Below, in pieces: positions 27,025-37,443 of a stretch of 64,000 nucleotides of DNA (position 1 is its first letter; the number at the start of each line of letters is the position of its first letter). This DNA is from Candidatus Moraniibacteriota bacterium (GTDB taxonomy: Bacteria > Patescibacteriota > Minisyncoccia > Moranbacterales > UBA9337): assembly GCA_026985555.1 (NCBI GenBank), contig JALSQF010000010.1, positions 97,163 through 161,162 of the forward strand, in the 5' to 3' direction. Under the pieces are notes generated by a model, which saw nothing but the letters and a program-made list of their open reading frames with translations, was not told the origin of the DNA and made no database searches. Position numbers and translations under genes: made by a program.

Positions 27025-28715
27025 TGTTTTCTTACTTTTTCTGTTACCCAAAATTCCCCGAAATATTTTTTAATTAAAATTCTTGTTTGTGAATCTAGAG
27101 CTGGAATAGCTCCTAAAGTAGGCGCAATAATTGGAACTAATAACCACTGCAGAAGCATATAGATATACTTTCGGCGAGAATATTTAGCCGGCCGTTCTGG
27201 CATCAAAAGAAAACTTAAAGACATTGAAACCAAAAGCCCTGCCATAGCTAATGTCATTAAATAACGTGTAATAAAAGGAAGATTATGAGCTAAAACACTT
27301 TGATTAAATTTTTCTCCACCCAAAATTAAAGGTAGCCATCCTAAAAAAGCCAAGATAAAAGGTGCTGTAGCCCACGAATGATGACCTTCTAACATTTCAA
27401 AAGCTACTTTAATCTTTTTATAAAAAGAAATTTTTTTATCAGGTAAGATGGCTCTCATTATTACTGGAAAATTTTCAATTCCATAGGCCCAACGTCTTTT
27501 TTGCAAATATTGATTTTTAATAGTTTTCCAATAAGTTTCAGCTAAAACAGCATCCAGTGAAATAGGTAAATATATTGGTTCTACTGCATAATCACCATGA
27601 AAATAAGAAAAACCTTTCCAGTAAATAATAGAATCTTCACTAATCATATTAACCGGCCAAAATCCAACTTTTACCAAGGTATCAAAAGGTTCGCTATGAG
27701 AAGAAAAGGTTACCATTTCTTTCCGTGTGCTTTGATAAATATGCCAAAAAGTAGAACTGGTAACGATTACTCTAACAAAAGCATTGGTGTCCCATAAATT
27801 ATTATGATAAACAGGGATAGGTTGGTAAGCTCTTTGTAATCTCTTGGGGTTGGTAATATATTTATAAGTTAAGGCAGAAAAATATTGCGGATGGCAAACA
27901 CTATCACAATCAAAATTAGAAAAAATAACTCGTTTATAATCAATTTTTTTTGTATCTAAATATTTCTGTAGTTTTTTAGCCGCATAAGTTGCATTAGAAG
28001 CTTTACACTTCATTTCTCCTGCTTTTACTTTATGAACTGTCACTAAAAAATCTTGAAAAACTCCTTCAAATTTATTTTTTAAATAATTAGCTTTTTTCAA
28101 TCTATGTTCTTCTGGTTCTCTTTCTTCGGTAGCTAAAAGAATAATGATCTGTTTATTAGGAAAAACAGAGTTAGCTATAGATTGCAAGGCTGGTTCTATA
28201 ATTTCTGCACTTTCCCCTGCCGTTGGCAAAAGAACAACATGAATAATTTCTTTCCAATTCCAAACTTTCACATTATTTTCTTTCATTCTTTTTAATTCTT
28301 GAATATGTTTTTGGATTATTTTTAATTCTCTTTTTAGTTTTTTTCTTTTTTTTCTTTTCCAGAAAGCTGTTGTCTTTATTTTCTCTTTTAATAATTTTTC
28401 ATCTTTTTTCTCTTCTATTAAATATTTTTCTAAATTATTAATTTTTTCACAACGTTTCTGCCAATTAATTTGTTTGCCTTCTTGCAATCGTAAAAATCCT
28501 TTTACTGAATAATAAGAAATAAAAAATGTCCTATAAATCCAATATATATCAAAAGCAATTATAAAAATAGAAACCCACACTGGAACAAAAAAAGAAAGAA
28601 TCGGAAGACCAAGTAATGTTAACCAAGTTAATGTTCCTGGAATAATCTCTAAAAAACGTTGTATTTTTTTTTGATTTTTTTCTTTAGTTTTAGGATTAGG
28701 AAAATAGAAAGACAT
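27021..28715 (-). CDS. Membrane-bound processive GT2 family glycosyltransferase
   Basis: FDCD, SED and QKRRW motifs with flanking TMs. Confidence 0.85.
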   Translation of the reverse strand: MSFYFPNPKTKEKNQKKIQRFLEIIPGTLTWLTLLGLPILSFFVPVWVSIFIIAFDIYWIYRTFFISYYSVKGFLRLQEGKQINWQKRCEKINNLEKYLIEEKKDEKLLKEKIKTTAFWKRKKRKKLKRELKIIQKHIQELKRMKENNVKVWNWKEIIHVVLLPTAGESAEIIEPALQSIANSVFPNKQIIILLATEEREPEEHRLKKANYLKNKFEGVFQDFLVTVHKVKAGEMKCKASNATYAAKKLQKYLDTKKIDYKRVIFSNFDCDSVCHPQYFSALTYKYITNPKRLQRAYQPIPVYHNNLWDTNAFVRVIVTSSTFWHIYQSTRKEMVTFSSHSEPFDTLVKVGFWPVNMISEDSIIYWKGFSYFHGDYAVEPIYLPISLDAVLAETYWKTIKNQYLQKRRWAYGIENFPVIMRAILPDKKISFYKKIKVAFEMLEGHHSWATAPFILAFLGWLPLILGGEKFNQSVLAHNLPFITRYLMTLAMAGLLVSMSLSFLLMPERPAKYSRRKYIYMLLQWLLVPIIAPTLGAIPALDSQTRILIKKYFGEFWVTEKVRKQ

Positions 28716-28718
28716 ACT

Positions 28719-29135
28719 TTAATAATTTACTACTAATAAACTAGCTAGACTTAACAATGAAATTAATTGAATAAAAATACTTATTAATAATAAAATATTA
28801 CTACCTAAATATTCTTCTTTTTGATATAAATAATTACTTAAATAAGTATTAATTACAATAAAAATAAAACTAATTATGGCTATTAAAAAAGTTTGTTTCC
28901 AGTCTCCAAATAAATCCACCCCAAAATAGGCATTATAATGCAAAATAATTTGGTAACGTTCCGTTTTCCAAAAAAATAGCGGTAGAATCCAAATTATTAA
29001 ATTTAAAAATAAAGCTGAAGAAAATAATATCTTATTAATTAAATTTTTCCAAAAAGAATTTTTCCAAAAAAGAAAAAAAAGTTTTATTTTAACTAAAAAC
29101 CTTTTTATTGCTAAATAAATATTTGAAATCGGCAT
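28719..29135 (-). CDS. Membrane protein (DUF1648-like)
   Basis: Three TMs; ILHYNAYFGVD..G. Confidence 0.65.
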   Translation of the reverse strand: MPISNIYLAIKRFLVKIKLFFLFWKNSFWKNLINKILFSSALFLNLIIWILPLFFWKTERYQIILHYNAYFGVDLFGDWKQTFLIAIISFIFIVINTYLSNYLYQKEEYLGSNILLLISIFIQLISLLSLASLLVVNY

Positions 29136-29141
29136 AAGATA

Positions 29142-29744
29142 TTATTTTTTAATTCCAGCAATAACTCTTTTTAATTTAGGTAATCTATTAATAACTTCTT
29201 CATGGGGACCTTTTAAGAAGTCAAACAAAAAACGATCTAGCATATTTAATCTATAGTTAAGCTCTTCTGTAGATAAAAGCATATAACCAATTTCTTTACC
29301 TATTTCTGCTTCTAAATTAGCAATAACATTGTTTAATTTTCTTCTGCTAACATTATCAGCCACAATTAAAAGATCGGCTCTACTTTTTGGATAGTTTAAA
29401 AAAATACCACTTATAATAGCTAGTTTGACATTGCCAATATTTTTTATTTTTCCTAAACTTTTAGATTGTGGAAAAATATTAGATTTAACCAATAAACTTT
29501 CTAATTCAGGATAAAAAGAAAATTGTAAATTGATCTTATAATATTTAAACCTACCCTTACGATGGCTTTTGAGAAATTTAATTTTTACCAAATTATTTAG
29601 TTCAGAACGAGATTCTTTTTTATTTATTTTATTTTTATTGACAATTTCATTAAAAGTATATTCATTTTGAGAATTTAACAAAAAAAAACGTAACAATCTT
29701 AAACGCACTTTAGATCCAAATAATTTTTCTAAAACTTCTGACAT
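29142..29744 (-). CDS. Winged-helix plus nucleotidyltransferase-like protein
   Basis: LFGSK.R.RLL wHTH; SG.F....S.ADLLIV. Confidence 0.65.
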   Translation of the reverse strand: MSEVLEKLFGSKVRLRLLRFFLLNSQNEYTFNEIVNKNKINKKESRSELNNLVKIKFLKSHRKGRFKYYKINLQFSFYPELESLLVKSNIFPQSKSLGKIKNIGNVKLAIISGIFLNYPKSRADLLIVADNVSRRKLNNVIANLEAEIGKEIGYMLLSTEELNYRLNMLDRFLFDFLKGPHEEVINRLPKLKRVIAGIKK

Positions 29745-29829
29745 AACTCTATTTTTTTTATTCTTTTCATAAGATAGCATAGCACAAAAAGAAGAAAAAG
29801 CAAATTTATTTATAAAATAAAAACAATTA

Positions 29830-30996
29830 TTATTTTATACTATGATAATATTTTTGAATATTTTTTTGATAAATATTCTCTAGTTTTTCACTAGTAATTG
29901 AAGCAGTATATTTTTCTAATACCAGCTCCTTTCCTTTTTGCCCCTTTAAAATCCTTTCTTTTTTGTTATTAATAAAATATTGAACTGCTTGACGAAATTC
30001 ATCTTTATTTTTTTTTGTTAATATTCCCGCTTGAGAATTTGATAAAACATCTGTAACACCTGAGGCATTTAGAGCTACTACAGGAAGTTGCATATAAAGA
30101 GCCTCTATAATAATTAGTCCTTGAGTTTCACTTTCGGAAGCATAAACAAAAATATCTCCTGCAGCATAATAATTTTTAATCTCTTTTTTATTAATTAAGC
30201 CACTAAAAATGATTTGATTTTTATTAAATTTAGCATATTTATTTTCTAAATATTTTTTTAAATAACCTTCTCCTACTACTAAAAATTTTATATTATTATT
30301 GGTTTCTAATAATGGCTGTAATGATTGAAAAATGAATTCTACATTTTTCTCTTCTGTTAAACGACTAACTAATAATAGCACTACATCATTTTTTTTAAAT
30401 CCATATTTATTTCTAATTTTTTCTTTATTAAAATTTTTAAAGTTATTTTCATTAATACCTGTAGGTAAAATTTCTATAGTTTTTTTTGAAAAAACTCCCC
30501 ATTTTTGAATAATCTTTTTTACAGAATTAGTGGGAACAATTATTTGATCGGTTTTATTTGCGTAATTAACCGCCTTTTTAATTATCCATTTGCTTGCCAA
30601 TTTAGCCGGAATTATAGGAACAAAATTAATATAATGATCATAAAGTGTATGCCAAGTAAAAACTAAAGGGATTTTCTTTTTTTTACTCCAATAATAAGCC
30701 GCATTTCCCAATAAGTTTGGATGTTGGGAATGAATAATGTCTAAATCTATTTTTTGTATAATTTTTGATATTTTACGAGAATAAGGAATTGGCAAAGGAA
30801 ACCTAATTTTATATTGCAAATCTAAAGAAGGATAACGAAAAACATTAGAATTAATATCTTGATATCCCTTAAAAAAGGGAGCAAAAATAAAAACTTGATG
30901 TCCACGTTTTTCTAATTCAAAACGAAAACTTTCAATAGAAGTAGTTACTCCGTAAATATTAGGTAAATAATTATTAGTAAATACTCCTATTTTCAT
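29830..30996 (-). CDS. Glycosyltransferase family 4 (diacylglycerol glucosyltransferase-like)
   Basis: FTNNYLP..GV.TS, HSQHP, TWHT, SETQGLIIIEA. Confidence 0.88.
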   Translation of the reverse strand: MKIGVFTNNYLPNIYGVTTSIESFRFELEKRGHQVFIFAPFFKGYQDINSNVFRYPSLDLQYKIRFPLPIPYSRKISKIIQKIDLDIIHSQHPNLLGNAAYYWSKKKKIPLVFTWHTLYDHYINFVPIIPAKLASKWIIKKAVNYANKTDQIIVPTNSVKKIIQKWGVFSKKTIEILPTGINENNFKNFNKEKIRNKYGFKKNDVVLLLVSRLTEEKNVEFIFQSLQPLLETNNNIKFLVVGEGYLKKYLENKYAKFNKNQIIFSGLINKKEIKNYYAAGDIFVYASESETQGLIIIEALYMQLPVVALNASGVTDVLSNSQAGILTKKNKDEFRQAVQYFINNKKERILKGQKGKELVLEKYTASITSEKLENIYQKNIQKYYHSIK

Positions 30997-31007
30997 ATTT
31001 TCATAAA

Positions 31008-31715
31008 TTATTTAATTTTACAAGTTACATCATAAATTACATCTTTCTTTTCCACTTTAATTGTCCAGCCTTTCTTTTCAGCAATTTGTTTTAAATTAAA
31101 ATTAGGATTAAATGCAATTGGATGAGATACTAATTCTAAAAAAGAAAGATCAGATTCAGTATCACCTATTCCAAAAGAGTTTTCTAATGTTAGATTATGT
31201 TCAATAATGTATTGTTTTAATAAAAATCCTTTATTTTTAACTGGAGTAAATTTTTCTTTTCCAGTATAAAATCCTTGCTTATCCGTCTCATAAACTGTTC
31301 CAAAAACTTTATCTAAACCCATATGTAATTTGTTAAACTCTTCTACAATTTCAATAGGAGATCCAGAAATAGCAATAATATGATAATTTTTTTTACGTAA
31401 TTTATTAATTAAACTATCGGCATATATATAAGTTCTATTTTTATGAAAAGGCACCACAATCTGACTAGCTCTTTTAATTTCTTGAGGTTTTTTACCTTTA
31501 ATGTGTTGATTATAAAGTTTTACCAATTCCATTCTATAACTTTCATAAGTTCCCTTATGCTCTAACCAATCAGTATATAAATCAATTAACTTTTTTCTTA
31601 CATAACGAGGAAAAACCTTCATCCAAACCAATTCATTGATTAACTCAAAATGCAAATTTTTACGAAAAATAGTTCCATCAATATCAAAAACTGCTATTTT
31701 TTGTTTTGTATTCAT
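31008..31715 (-). CDS. HAD-IB family hydrolase
   Basis: FDIDGT, ISGSP, GIGDTESD, FNP. Confidence 0.88.
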   Translation of the reverse strand: MNTKQKIAVFDIDGTIFRKNLHFELINELVWMKVFPRYVRKKLIDLYTDWLEHKGTYESYRMELVKLYNQHIKGKKPQEIKRASQIVVPFHKNRTYIYADSLINKLRKKNYHIIAISGSPIEIVEEFNKLHMGLDKVFGTVYETDKQGFYTGKEKFTPVKNKGFLLKQYIIEHNLTLENSFGIGDTESDLSFLELVSHPIAFNPNFNLKQIAEKKGWTIKVEKKDVIYDVTCKIK

Positions 31716-31720
31716 TGAAA

Positions 31721-33091
31721 TTATTCTTTAAATTTAGGTAGTGTTAATATAAATTGAGATCCTACTCCACTCATACTTTCTACTGTTAAATCTCCTTTCA
31801 TTTTTAAAGCTAATTCTTTGGAAATCCACAAACCTAACCCCGTTCCATTAATTGCTTCAGTTTTTTTATTTTTAATCCTATAGAATTTTTTAAAAAGATT
31901 TTTCATCTCTTGAGCAGACATACCAATACCAGTATCTTTAACCACTATTTTAATAAAATCTTTATCTATTTCTGTTTTTACAGTAACACTTCCTTGAGGA
32001 GTATATTTAATAGCATTTCCTACTAAATTGACTAAAATTTGTTTTACTCTGGCTTCATCAGCTTTAATCCATAATTCATTATTTAAATTATTCTTAAGTT
32101 TTAAACTGATTTTCTTTTTAGAAGCATCTATTTGGAATTGTTCCATAACTTCGTTTAATATTTCTGATAAATTCACTTTTTCTAAATTAATCTTTAGTTT
32201 TCCTTGTTCTATACGAGAAACATCTAAAATATCTTCTACTAGTTCACGCAATCTTTTAGAGGCTATCTTTATATTTTTGAGATGCTTTAATCTTTCTTTA
32301 AATTCTGAAGTATTTTTTTCCGATGATTTTTTTTCTAAGGAATCTTTTAATAGTTCTGCATATCCATTAATTATAGTTAGTGGCATTTTCAATTCATGAC
32401 TAGCCATAGAAATAAAATCATCTTTCATTTTATCTACCTCCTCAAGTTTCGTTACCCTTACCGCATATTTAAATAAACGCGTATGATTAACAACTAAAAG
32501 CAAAACTATTAATAATGATGCTATTGACACCCAATACATTCGTTTTATGGTCTGATTAATTAATTTATCACTATCTGATAATGACATATCAAAAGTTACA
32601 ATTCCTTCTTTTTTTCCATTAGATTGAATTGTTTTAGAAATTTCCCAAAAACGACCCAAAGAATGATCTGACATTAAATAAGCGATGCCTTCTTGTGGAT
32701 GTTGCCAAGCAATAAAGATAATATCATTAGCCACACTCTTATTAATTTTACTTTTATCTGTAGATGCTATTATTTTAAATTCATCTTTATTTTCTTTTGG
32801 TTTTAAAATGTTAATTTCTAAAATTTCATCATCTTTATCTTTAATCTTTTCTATAAGAGATTGTATTTTGTTTTCATTATTAATTTCATCCGCAATAGAT
32901 AAATTAAAAATGTCTTCAGCTAAAATGGCTTTGCTATGCAATAATGTATCATTATTTTTTTGAAATTTAATAACTGAATAATAAGTATTAAAAAAGATAA
33001 TAGCGGAAACAACAATTATTAAAAAGAAAGAGTAAATTATAGTAGGATTTTTTTTAATAAAATTTACTCCTTTATAAATTAAGCTCCACAT
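31721..33091 (-). CDS. Membrane sensor histidine kinase
   Basis: Two TMs, SHELKMPL, NLVGNAIKYT, DTGIG, GTGLGL. Confidence 0.93.
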   Translation of the reverse strand: MWSLIYKGVNFIKKNPTIIYSFFLIIVVSAIIFFNTYYSVIKFQKNNDTLLHSKAILAEDIFNLSIADEINNENKIQSLIEKIKDKDDEILEINILKPKENKDEFKIIASTDKSKINKSVANDIIFIAWQHPQEGIAYLMSDHSLGRFWEISKTIQSNGKKEGIVTFDMSLSDSDKLINQTIKRMYWVSIASLLIVLLLVVNHTRLFKYAVRVTKLEEVDKMKDDFISMASHELKMPLTIINGYAELLKDSLEKKSSEKNTSEFKERLKHLKNIKIASKRLRELVEDILDVSRIEQGKLKINLEKVNLSEILNEVMEQFQIDASKKKISLKLKNNLNNELWIKADEARVKQILVNLVGNAIKYTPQGSVTVKTEIDKDFIKIVVKDTGIGMSAQEMKNLFKKFYRIKNKKTEAINGTGLGLWISKELALKMKGDLTVESMSGVGSQFILTLPKFKE

Positions 33092-33115
33092 TATTCAAAT
33101 ATTTATAGATTAATA

Positions 33116-34630
33116 TTAATTTTGTTTATTATGAGAAATAGAAAAACCAATTAATCCTAAAGCCGAAACGGAAAAAGCTACAATGATTAAAATTAAGTAA
33201 ATAATACTCTTTTTCTGACTTTCTTGTATGGGAGAAAGTGGCTGAACAGGAGGCGTTTTTTCTTGTCCCACAGTAATAGCTTGAGCAGTTTTTATAAAAT
33301 AAAACGGTTTACTTTTAGCTGTTATTTTTCCAGTATTATCTGTTAAAACAACAAAAGCTTCGTGTTTTCCGTTAGCTAAATTTTTATCTAAATCATAAGA
33401 CCAATTTCCTTGACTATCCGTTCTTACGGTTACAATAATTGGATTTTCACTATAAATATAAATATTAACAAAAGTATTAGGAAGAGCTGTTCCACTTAAA
33501 TATATTTTTTCTTCTGTTTTTTTAGATAAGTTATCGTTAGCTTTTTTCTTTTTTAATTTTACTTTTTTAATTTTAAAATTCTCTTTTTCCTGTCCTTGTT
33601 TTCTAGGATCTTGAAATATCATTTTATCTCCCTTTTTTTTGTCGGAAGCCTTGAGTGGATTATATCCATTTTTTACTTCATCGCCATCTAAAAATCCGTC
33701 TCCATCGGTATCTGGATTAAAAGGATCTGTTCCTCTTCTAATTTCTTCTTTATTGTAAAGTCCATCTCCATCTGCATCAACGCCAGAATTAATTATAGAT
33801 TTTTTTTGATTTTGATAGGAAGAAAAGTAGGAACTGTTCTTATTAAAATTATCTTTATTAGATAAGTGTTTTTGTTTCTTTGATTTTTTTTGAGATATTT
33901 TATCTTTAGTACTATTATCTTTTTCAGTATTTTTAATATTATTAGTATTTTTTATAATATTAGAATTAAAAGTAGTATAATTAATATTAATAAATATAGT
34001 TCCTACATTATATTCTCCAAATTTATTTTTTGCATCTATTATTACTTTGTATTGACCATTAGGAAAATTTTTAGCCACATTAATCTTTAAAACCCAAATA
34101 TTTTTGTCTTCATAAGCAAACTTTCCTAAATAAATTTTTTTACTAGAACCTATTTTTCTAGCATAAGCCTCTATTTTACTTACTTCTTTAGCTTTAACTT
34201 TTATTTCAAAAATTTTATCAGATATTATAATTCCATTATTAGGACTTAATATTTTACTTTCATTGATTATTTGTTGTATTTCATCATTTTCGTTTCTATT
34301 ATTATTGTTGTTGTTGTCATCTCTATTTTCATTACTATCCTCGCTTTCATCTGATATCAAATCTTCGTTATTATTTTGAATAGTACGTGTATTTTGCATA
34401 TCTTGATCAAATTTATTTTTAAATTCTTCATCTTCTTCTGGCGCTTGAAAATCATCTTGTGATTCATAATCTTCTAAATTTAGATTATCAAAATCATCTA
34501 CATTATAAGCGTTTACTATGTTTAATAAAAAAACAACCAAAAACACTCCTAAAAAAATAAAAACTAAAAAAACAATTATCATCAAGTGATTATTGAAGAA
34601 TTGTTTCTTGTTTTTAAAGTTTATTTTCAT
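33116..34630 (-). CDS. Surface protein with Ig-like domains and DxDGDG Ca-binding repeats, TM at both ends
   Basis: DADGDGL..E...GTDP.NPDTDGDG; SGTALPN...DSQGNWSY; acidic/Asn-rich spacer. Confidence 0.75.
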   Translation of the reverse strand: MKINFKNKKQFFNNHLMIIVFLVFIFLGVFLVVFLLNIVNAYNVDDFDNLNLEDYESQDDFQAPEEDEEFKNKFDQDMQNTRTIQNNNEDLISDESEDSNENRDDNNNNNNRNENDEIQQIINESKILSPNNGIIISDKIFEIKVKAKEVSKIEAYARKIGSSKKIYLGKFAYEDKNIWVLKINVAKNFPNGQYKVIIDAKNKFGEYNVGTIFININYTTFNSNIIKNTNNIKNTEKDNSTKDKISQKKSKKQKHLSNKDNFNKNSSYFSSYQNQKKSIINSGVDADGDGLYNKEEIRRGTDPFNPDTDGDGFLDGDEVKNGYNPLKASDKKKGDKMIFQDPRKQGQEKENFKIKKVKLKKKKANDNLSKKTEEKIYLSGTALPNTFVNIYIYSENPIIVTVRTDSQGNWSYDLDKNLANGKHEAFVVLTDNTGKITAKSKPFYFIKTAQAITVGQEKTPPVQPLSPIQESQKKSIIYLILIIVAFSVSALGLIGFSISHNKQN

Positions 34631-34705
34631 TTTTGTTATTATTGTAAACCAATCTAATAATTGATTTTATTATAGCATTTTATTTCTATTTTACAATATT
34701 TTATT

Positions 34706-35878
34706 CTAATTTTTCAGTCTTTCTTGAATTAATTCTTCTAGAACTTTTAAGGCCTTCTCTTGAGGAATATTTTTTTTAACTAATTTTTCTTTATAATATA
34801 AATCTATTTTACCCGGAGCGCTACCTACATATCCAAAATCAGCACCAGCCATTTCACCGGGACCATTAACAATACATCCCATAACTGCAATAGTAACTCC
34901 TTTTAAATAGGAAAATTTGGTTTTTATTTTCTCACTTACTTTTTCTATATCAAACAATGTTCTTCCGCAACCAGGACAAGATATAAATTCTGCCTGAGTA
35001 ATACGACGGCGCGTAGCTTGCAAAATATCATAAGCTACTGGAATTTCTTTCTCTGGAGATTCTGTTAAAGAAACTCTTAAAGTGTCCCCTATTCCTTCTA
35101 ATAAAAGCGTTCCTATTCCTAACACTGATTTAGCACGTCCAGCTTCGCCACTTCCAGCCTCTGTTACTCCTAAATGAATAGGATAATCCATTCCTTCTTT
35201 TTTCATTTGAAAAACTAATTTACGATTAGCTTCTATCATTATTAATGGATCTGATGCCTTCAGAGCTACGACTATTTGATTATAATGATATTTTTGAAAA
35301 ATACGTAAATATTCCATAGTTCCTTCCACCATACCTCGTGTAGTGTTTCCGTATTTATTTAAAATTCTTTTTGAAAGTGAGCCATGATTAGTTCCTATTC
35401 TAATAGGTTTTTTAATTTTTTTTGCTTGTTGAATAAATCCTTGCAACTCCTTTTCAATTCTTTTTAAAATTTTTTGATACTCTTTGCTTGTCTTTATTTC
35501 TATATTTTCTAATTTTTTATCTAAAAAATTTCCTGGATTTAACCGAACTTTATCAGCCCATTTTAACGCTTCTAAAGCTGCCGAGGGTAAAAAATGAACA
35601 TCAGCAATTAATGGAACCTTGCAATGATATTGCTTTTTTAAATATTGTCTAATTGCTTGCAATGCTTTGGCGTGTTTTGGTGTAGGAGTTGTAATCCTCA
35701 CTAATTCTGCTCCTGCTTGAACACATTTCCAAATTTGTTGAGCAGTTGCTTTAATATCTAAAGTATCCGTATTGGTCATAGTTTGAACACGAATGGGATT
35801 ATTTTTGCCAATTCCAATCTCACCTACCATTATTTCACGTGTTTTGATTCTATTTTTTAGAGCTTTAAATCTTTTCAT
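34706..35878 (-). CDS. ispG: (E)-4-hydroxy-3-methylbut-2-enyl diphosphate synthase
   Basis: QTMTNT, ADVHF, RLNPGN, RIGTNHGSL, HLGVTEAG, ISCPGCGR, MGCIVNGPGE. Confidence 0.95.
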   Translation of the reverse strand: MKRFKALKNRIKTREIMVGEIGIGKNNPIRVQTMTNTDTLDIKATAQQIWKCVQAGAELVRITTPTPKHAKALQAIRQYLKKQYHCKVPLIADVHFLPSAALEALKWADKVRLNPGNFLDKKLENIEIKTSKEYQKILKRIEKELQGFIQQAKKIKKPIRIGTNHGSLSKRILNKYGNTTRGMVEGTMEYLRIFQKYHYNQIVVALKASDPLIMIEANRKLVFQMKKEGMDYPIHLGVTEAGSGEAGRAKSVLGIGTLLLEGIGDTLRVSLTESPEKEIPVAYDILQATRRRITQAEFISCPGCGRTLFDIEKVSEKIKTKFSYLKGVTIAVMGCIVNGPGEMAGADFGYVGSAPGKIDLYYKEKLVKKNIPQEKALKVLEELIQERLKN

Positions 35879-35893
35879 ATAATTTTTAAAAAT

Positions 35894-36043
35894 TTAAATA
35901 ATTAATTTACCTATTTGATAGACAATAAAAGACAAAACCCAAGATATTGAAAAAGTAAATAACATCTGAGAAAAAACAAATTTCCAACTATTTGTTTCTG
36001 ATTTAACCACACTTAAAGTTGCTAGACAAGGCATATATAAAGT
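35894..36043 (-). pseudogene. feoB: 3'-terminal fragment of ferrous iron transporter FeoB
   Basis: Manual translation TLYMPCLATLSVVKSETNSWKFVFSQMLFTFSISWVLSFIVYQIGKLII* fits the FeoB C-terminal LYxPCxAT...E..SWK signature. Confidence 0.75.
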
Positions 36044-36053
36044 TTTTTCTTCA

Positions 36054-37031
36054 TTAAATTGATTGTTTAATTTTTCTTAAAAATCTATATAAAAAATAAG
36101 GATATTTTTTCAAAACAATATCATAAGTTCCTGGATATTCTACTAGCTTTGGAATTTTACTAAAACCTAATTTAAAACGTGTAATTCCTTTCCAATTACT
36201 TTCTATAGCTACTAAATTATTGTTATCCTTTTTTATTTTTACTCCTCCTAAATCATACCATTTTTTATTTTTTTTGTGGGCATCTTGAATAATTTTCCAA
36301 TGTAATGCGAAAGGTCCCATTAATTGACGAAAATTATCATCAAAAGCTCCGTGTAAATAAATGGCTTGTTGTCTATAAAAAATCACTATAGCACCAGCAA
36401 TAATTTTATCTTGATATTGAGCTAAATATAAATCAATCATATATGTTGGTAAACTCTGTAACATTTTTTGGTAATAATCTAAAGGATATGGTTTTATTCT
36501 TTGACGTTGAGAAGTTTTTTTTATTAATTGCCAAAATTGATGCAATAATTTTTGCCTTTGATTAAAATGAAAATCCGATAATTTAATAACAGAAACTTTT
36601 TTTCTTTGAGCTAAACGAATATTATAACGCGTTTTAGGTTTCATTAAAGATAAAATTTCTTTTGGCTCTAAATTAATATTTATCCATAGGTTTTGAACAG
36701 GTTGAATATCAATAGGCGCTTTTTTTAGAGAAAGATTAACGATACTAGATTGAATAAGTCTTATAATCTCTTTGCTAGGAGGTTCTATCCTAACCCAATT
36801 AACTCCAAAATCAGTTGCCTTTTTAATTATTAATTCCAATACGTTTTTAATATCATTTTTGTTTTTTATTTCTGGACCACGTGGTAAATAAAAATAATTT
36901 CCCACTAAAGGTAAAGGCTCTTTTATTATTTTAGCTGAAAAAGATTTGTTTTTTGACAAATCTAACGTTGTTTTTCCATAAGATTTTTGGAAATTTAACC
37001 ATTCCCTTGATTGTAGAAAACTTTCTTTCAT
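36054..37031 (-). CDS. FemABX family peptidoglycan bridge aminoacyltransferase
   Basis: FLQS.EW, YLPRGP, KTRYNIRLA, YLHGA, YDLGG, GITRFKLGF. Confidence 0.9.
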   Translation of the reverse strand: MKESFLQSREWLNFQKSYGKTTLDLSKNKSFSAKIIKEPLPLVGNYFYLPRGPEIKNKNDIKNVLELIIKKATDFGVNWVRIEPPSKEIIRLIQSSIVNLSLKKAPIDIQPVQNLWININLEPKEILSLMKPKTRYNIRLAQRKKVSVIKLSDFHFNQRQKLLHQFWQLIKKTSQRQRIKPYPLDYYQKMLQSLPTYMIDLYLAQYQDKIIAGAIVIFYRQQAIYLHGAFDDNFRQLMGPFALHWKIIQDAHKKNKKWYDLGGVKIKKDNNNLVAIESNWKGITRFKLGFSKIPKLVEYPGTYDIVLKKYPYFLYRFLRKIKQSI

Positions 37032-37040
37032 TAGAATAAG

Positions 37041-37391
37041 CTAAAAACGAGCATTTTTATTGACAGAAAAACGTTTTTTTATTGATCGCGCTTTTCTAAC
37101 AACTTTTGTCCAAATTTTTTCTTTTCTTCTTCTAATTTGAATTTTTAATTCATCCACTACAATATCAGTAGCGCTTTCAATGGTTTTAGAAATTTGTTCT
37201 GACCTGTATAAATGTTTAGGAACTTTAATCATTACCTCTACACGAAAAAGTCCTTTTTTATTTTTCTCTATTTCAACTTCTGATTTTAAAATATTTTTAA
37301 GAAATTTATTTAATTTACTCAAACGTTTTTCTATATAACTTTTTGTTTTGTCATCAATAGAAACATTTTTATAAAAATAACGAATATTCAT
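37041..37391 (-). CDS. hpf: Ribosome hibernation factor HPF/RaiA
   Basis: YIEKRL.KL, FRVEV, ATD.V.D.L..Q.RR.KEK. Confidence 0.85.
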   Translation of the reverse strand: MNIRYFYKNVSIDDKTKSYIEKRLSKLNKFLKNILKSEVEIEKNKKGLFRVEVMIKVPKHLYRSEQISKTIESATDIVVDELKIQIRRRKEKIWTKVVRKARSIKKRFSVNKNARF

Positions 37392-37443
37392 AGTTTTTTA
37401 TATTAATTATGTTAATTATATTAATTATAACACATAAATAAAA

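Noticed and set aside
34290-34330. Asn codon run as a possible contingency repeat
   Set aside because: Mixed AAC/AAT codons in a low-complexity linker; not a pure slippage tract.
37395-37420. TTATGTTAA as a possible dif XerD arm
   Set aside because: No matching XerC arm, and the context is low-complexity AT-rich repeat.
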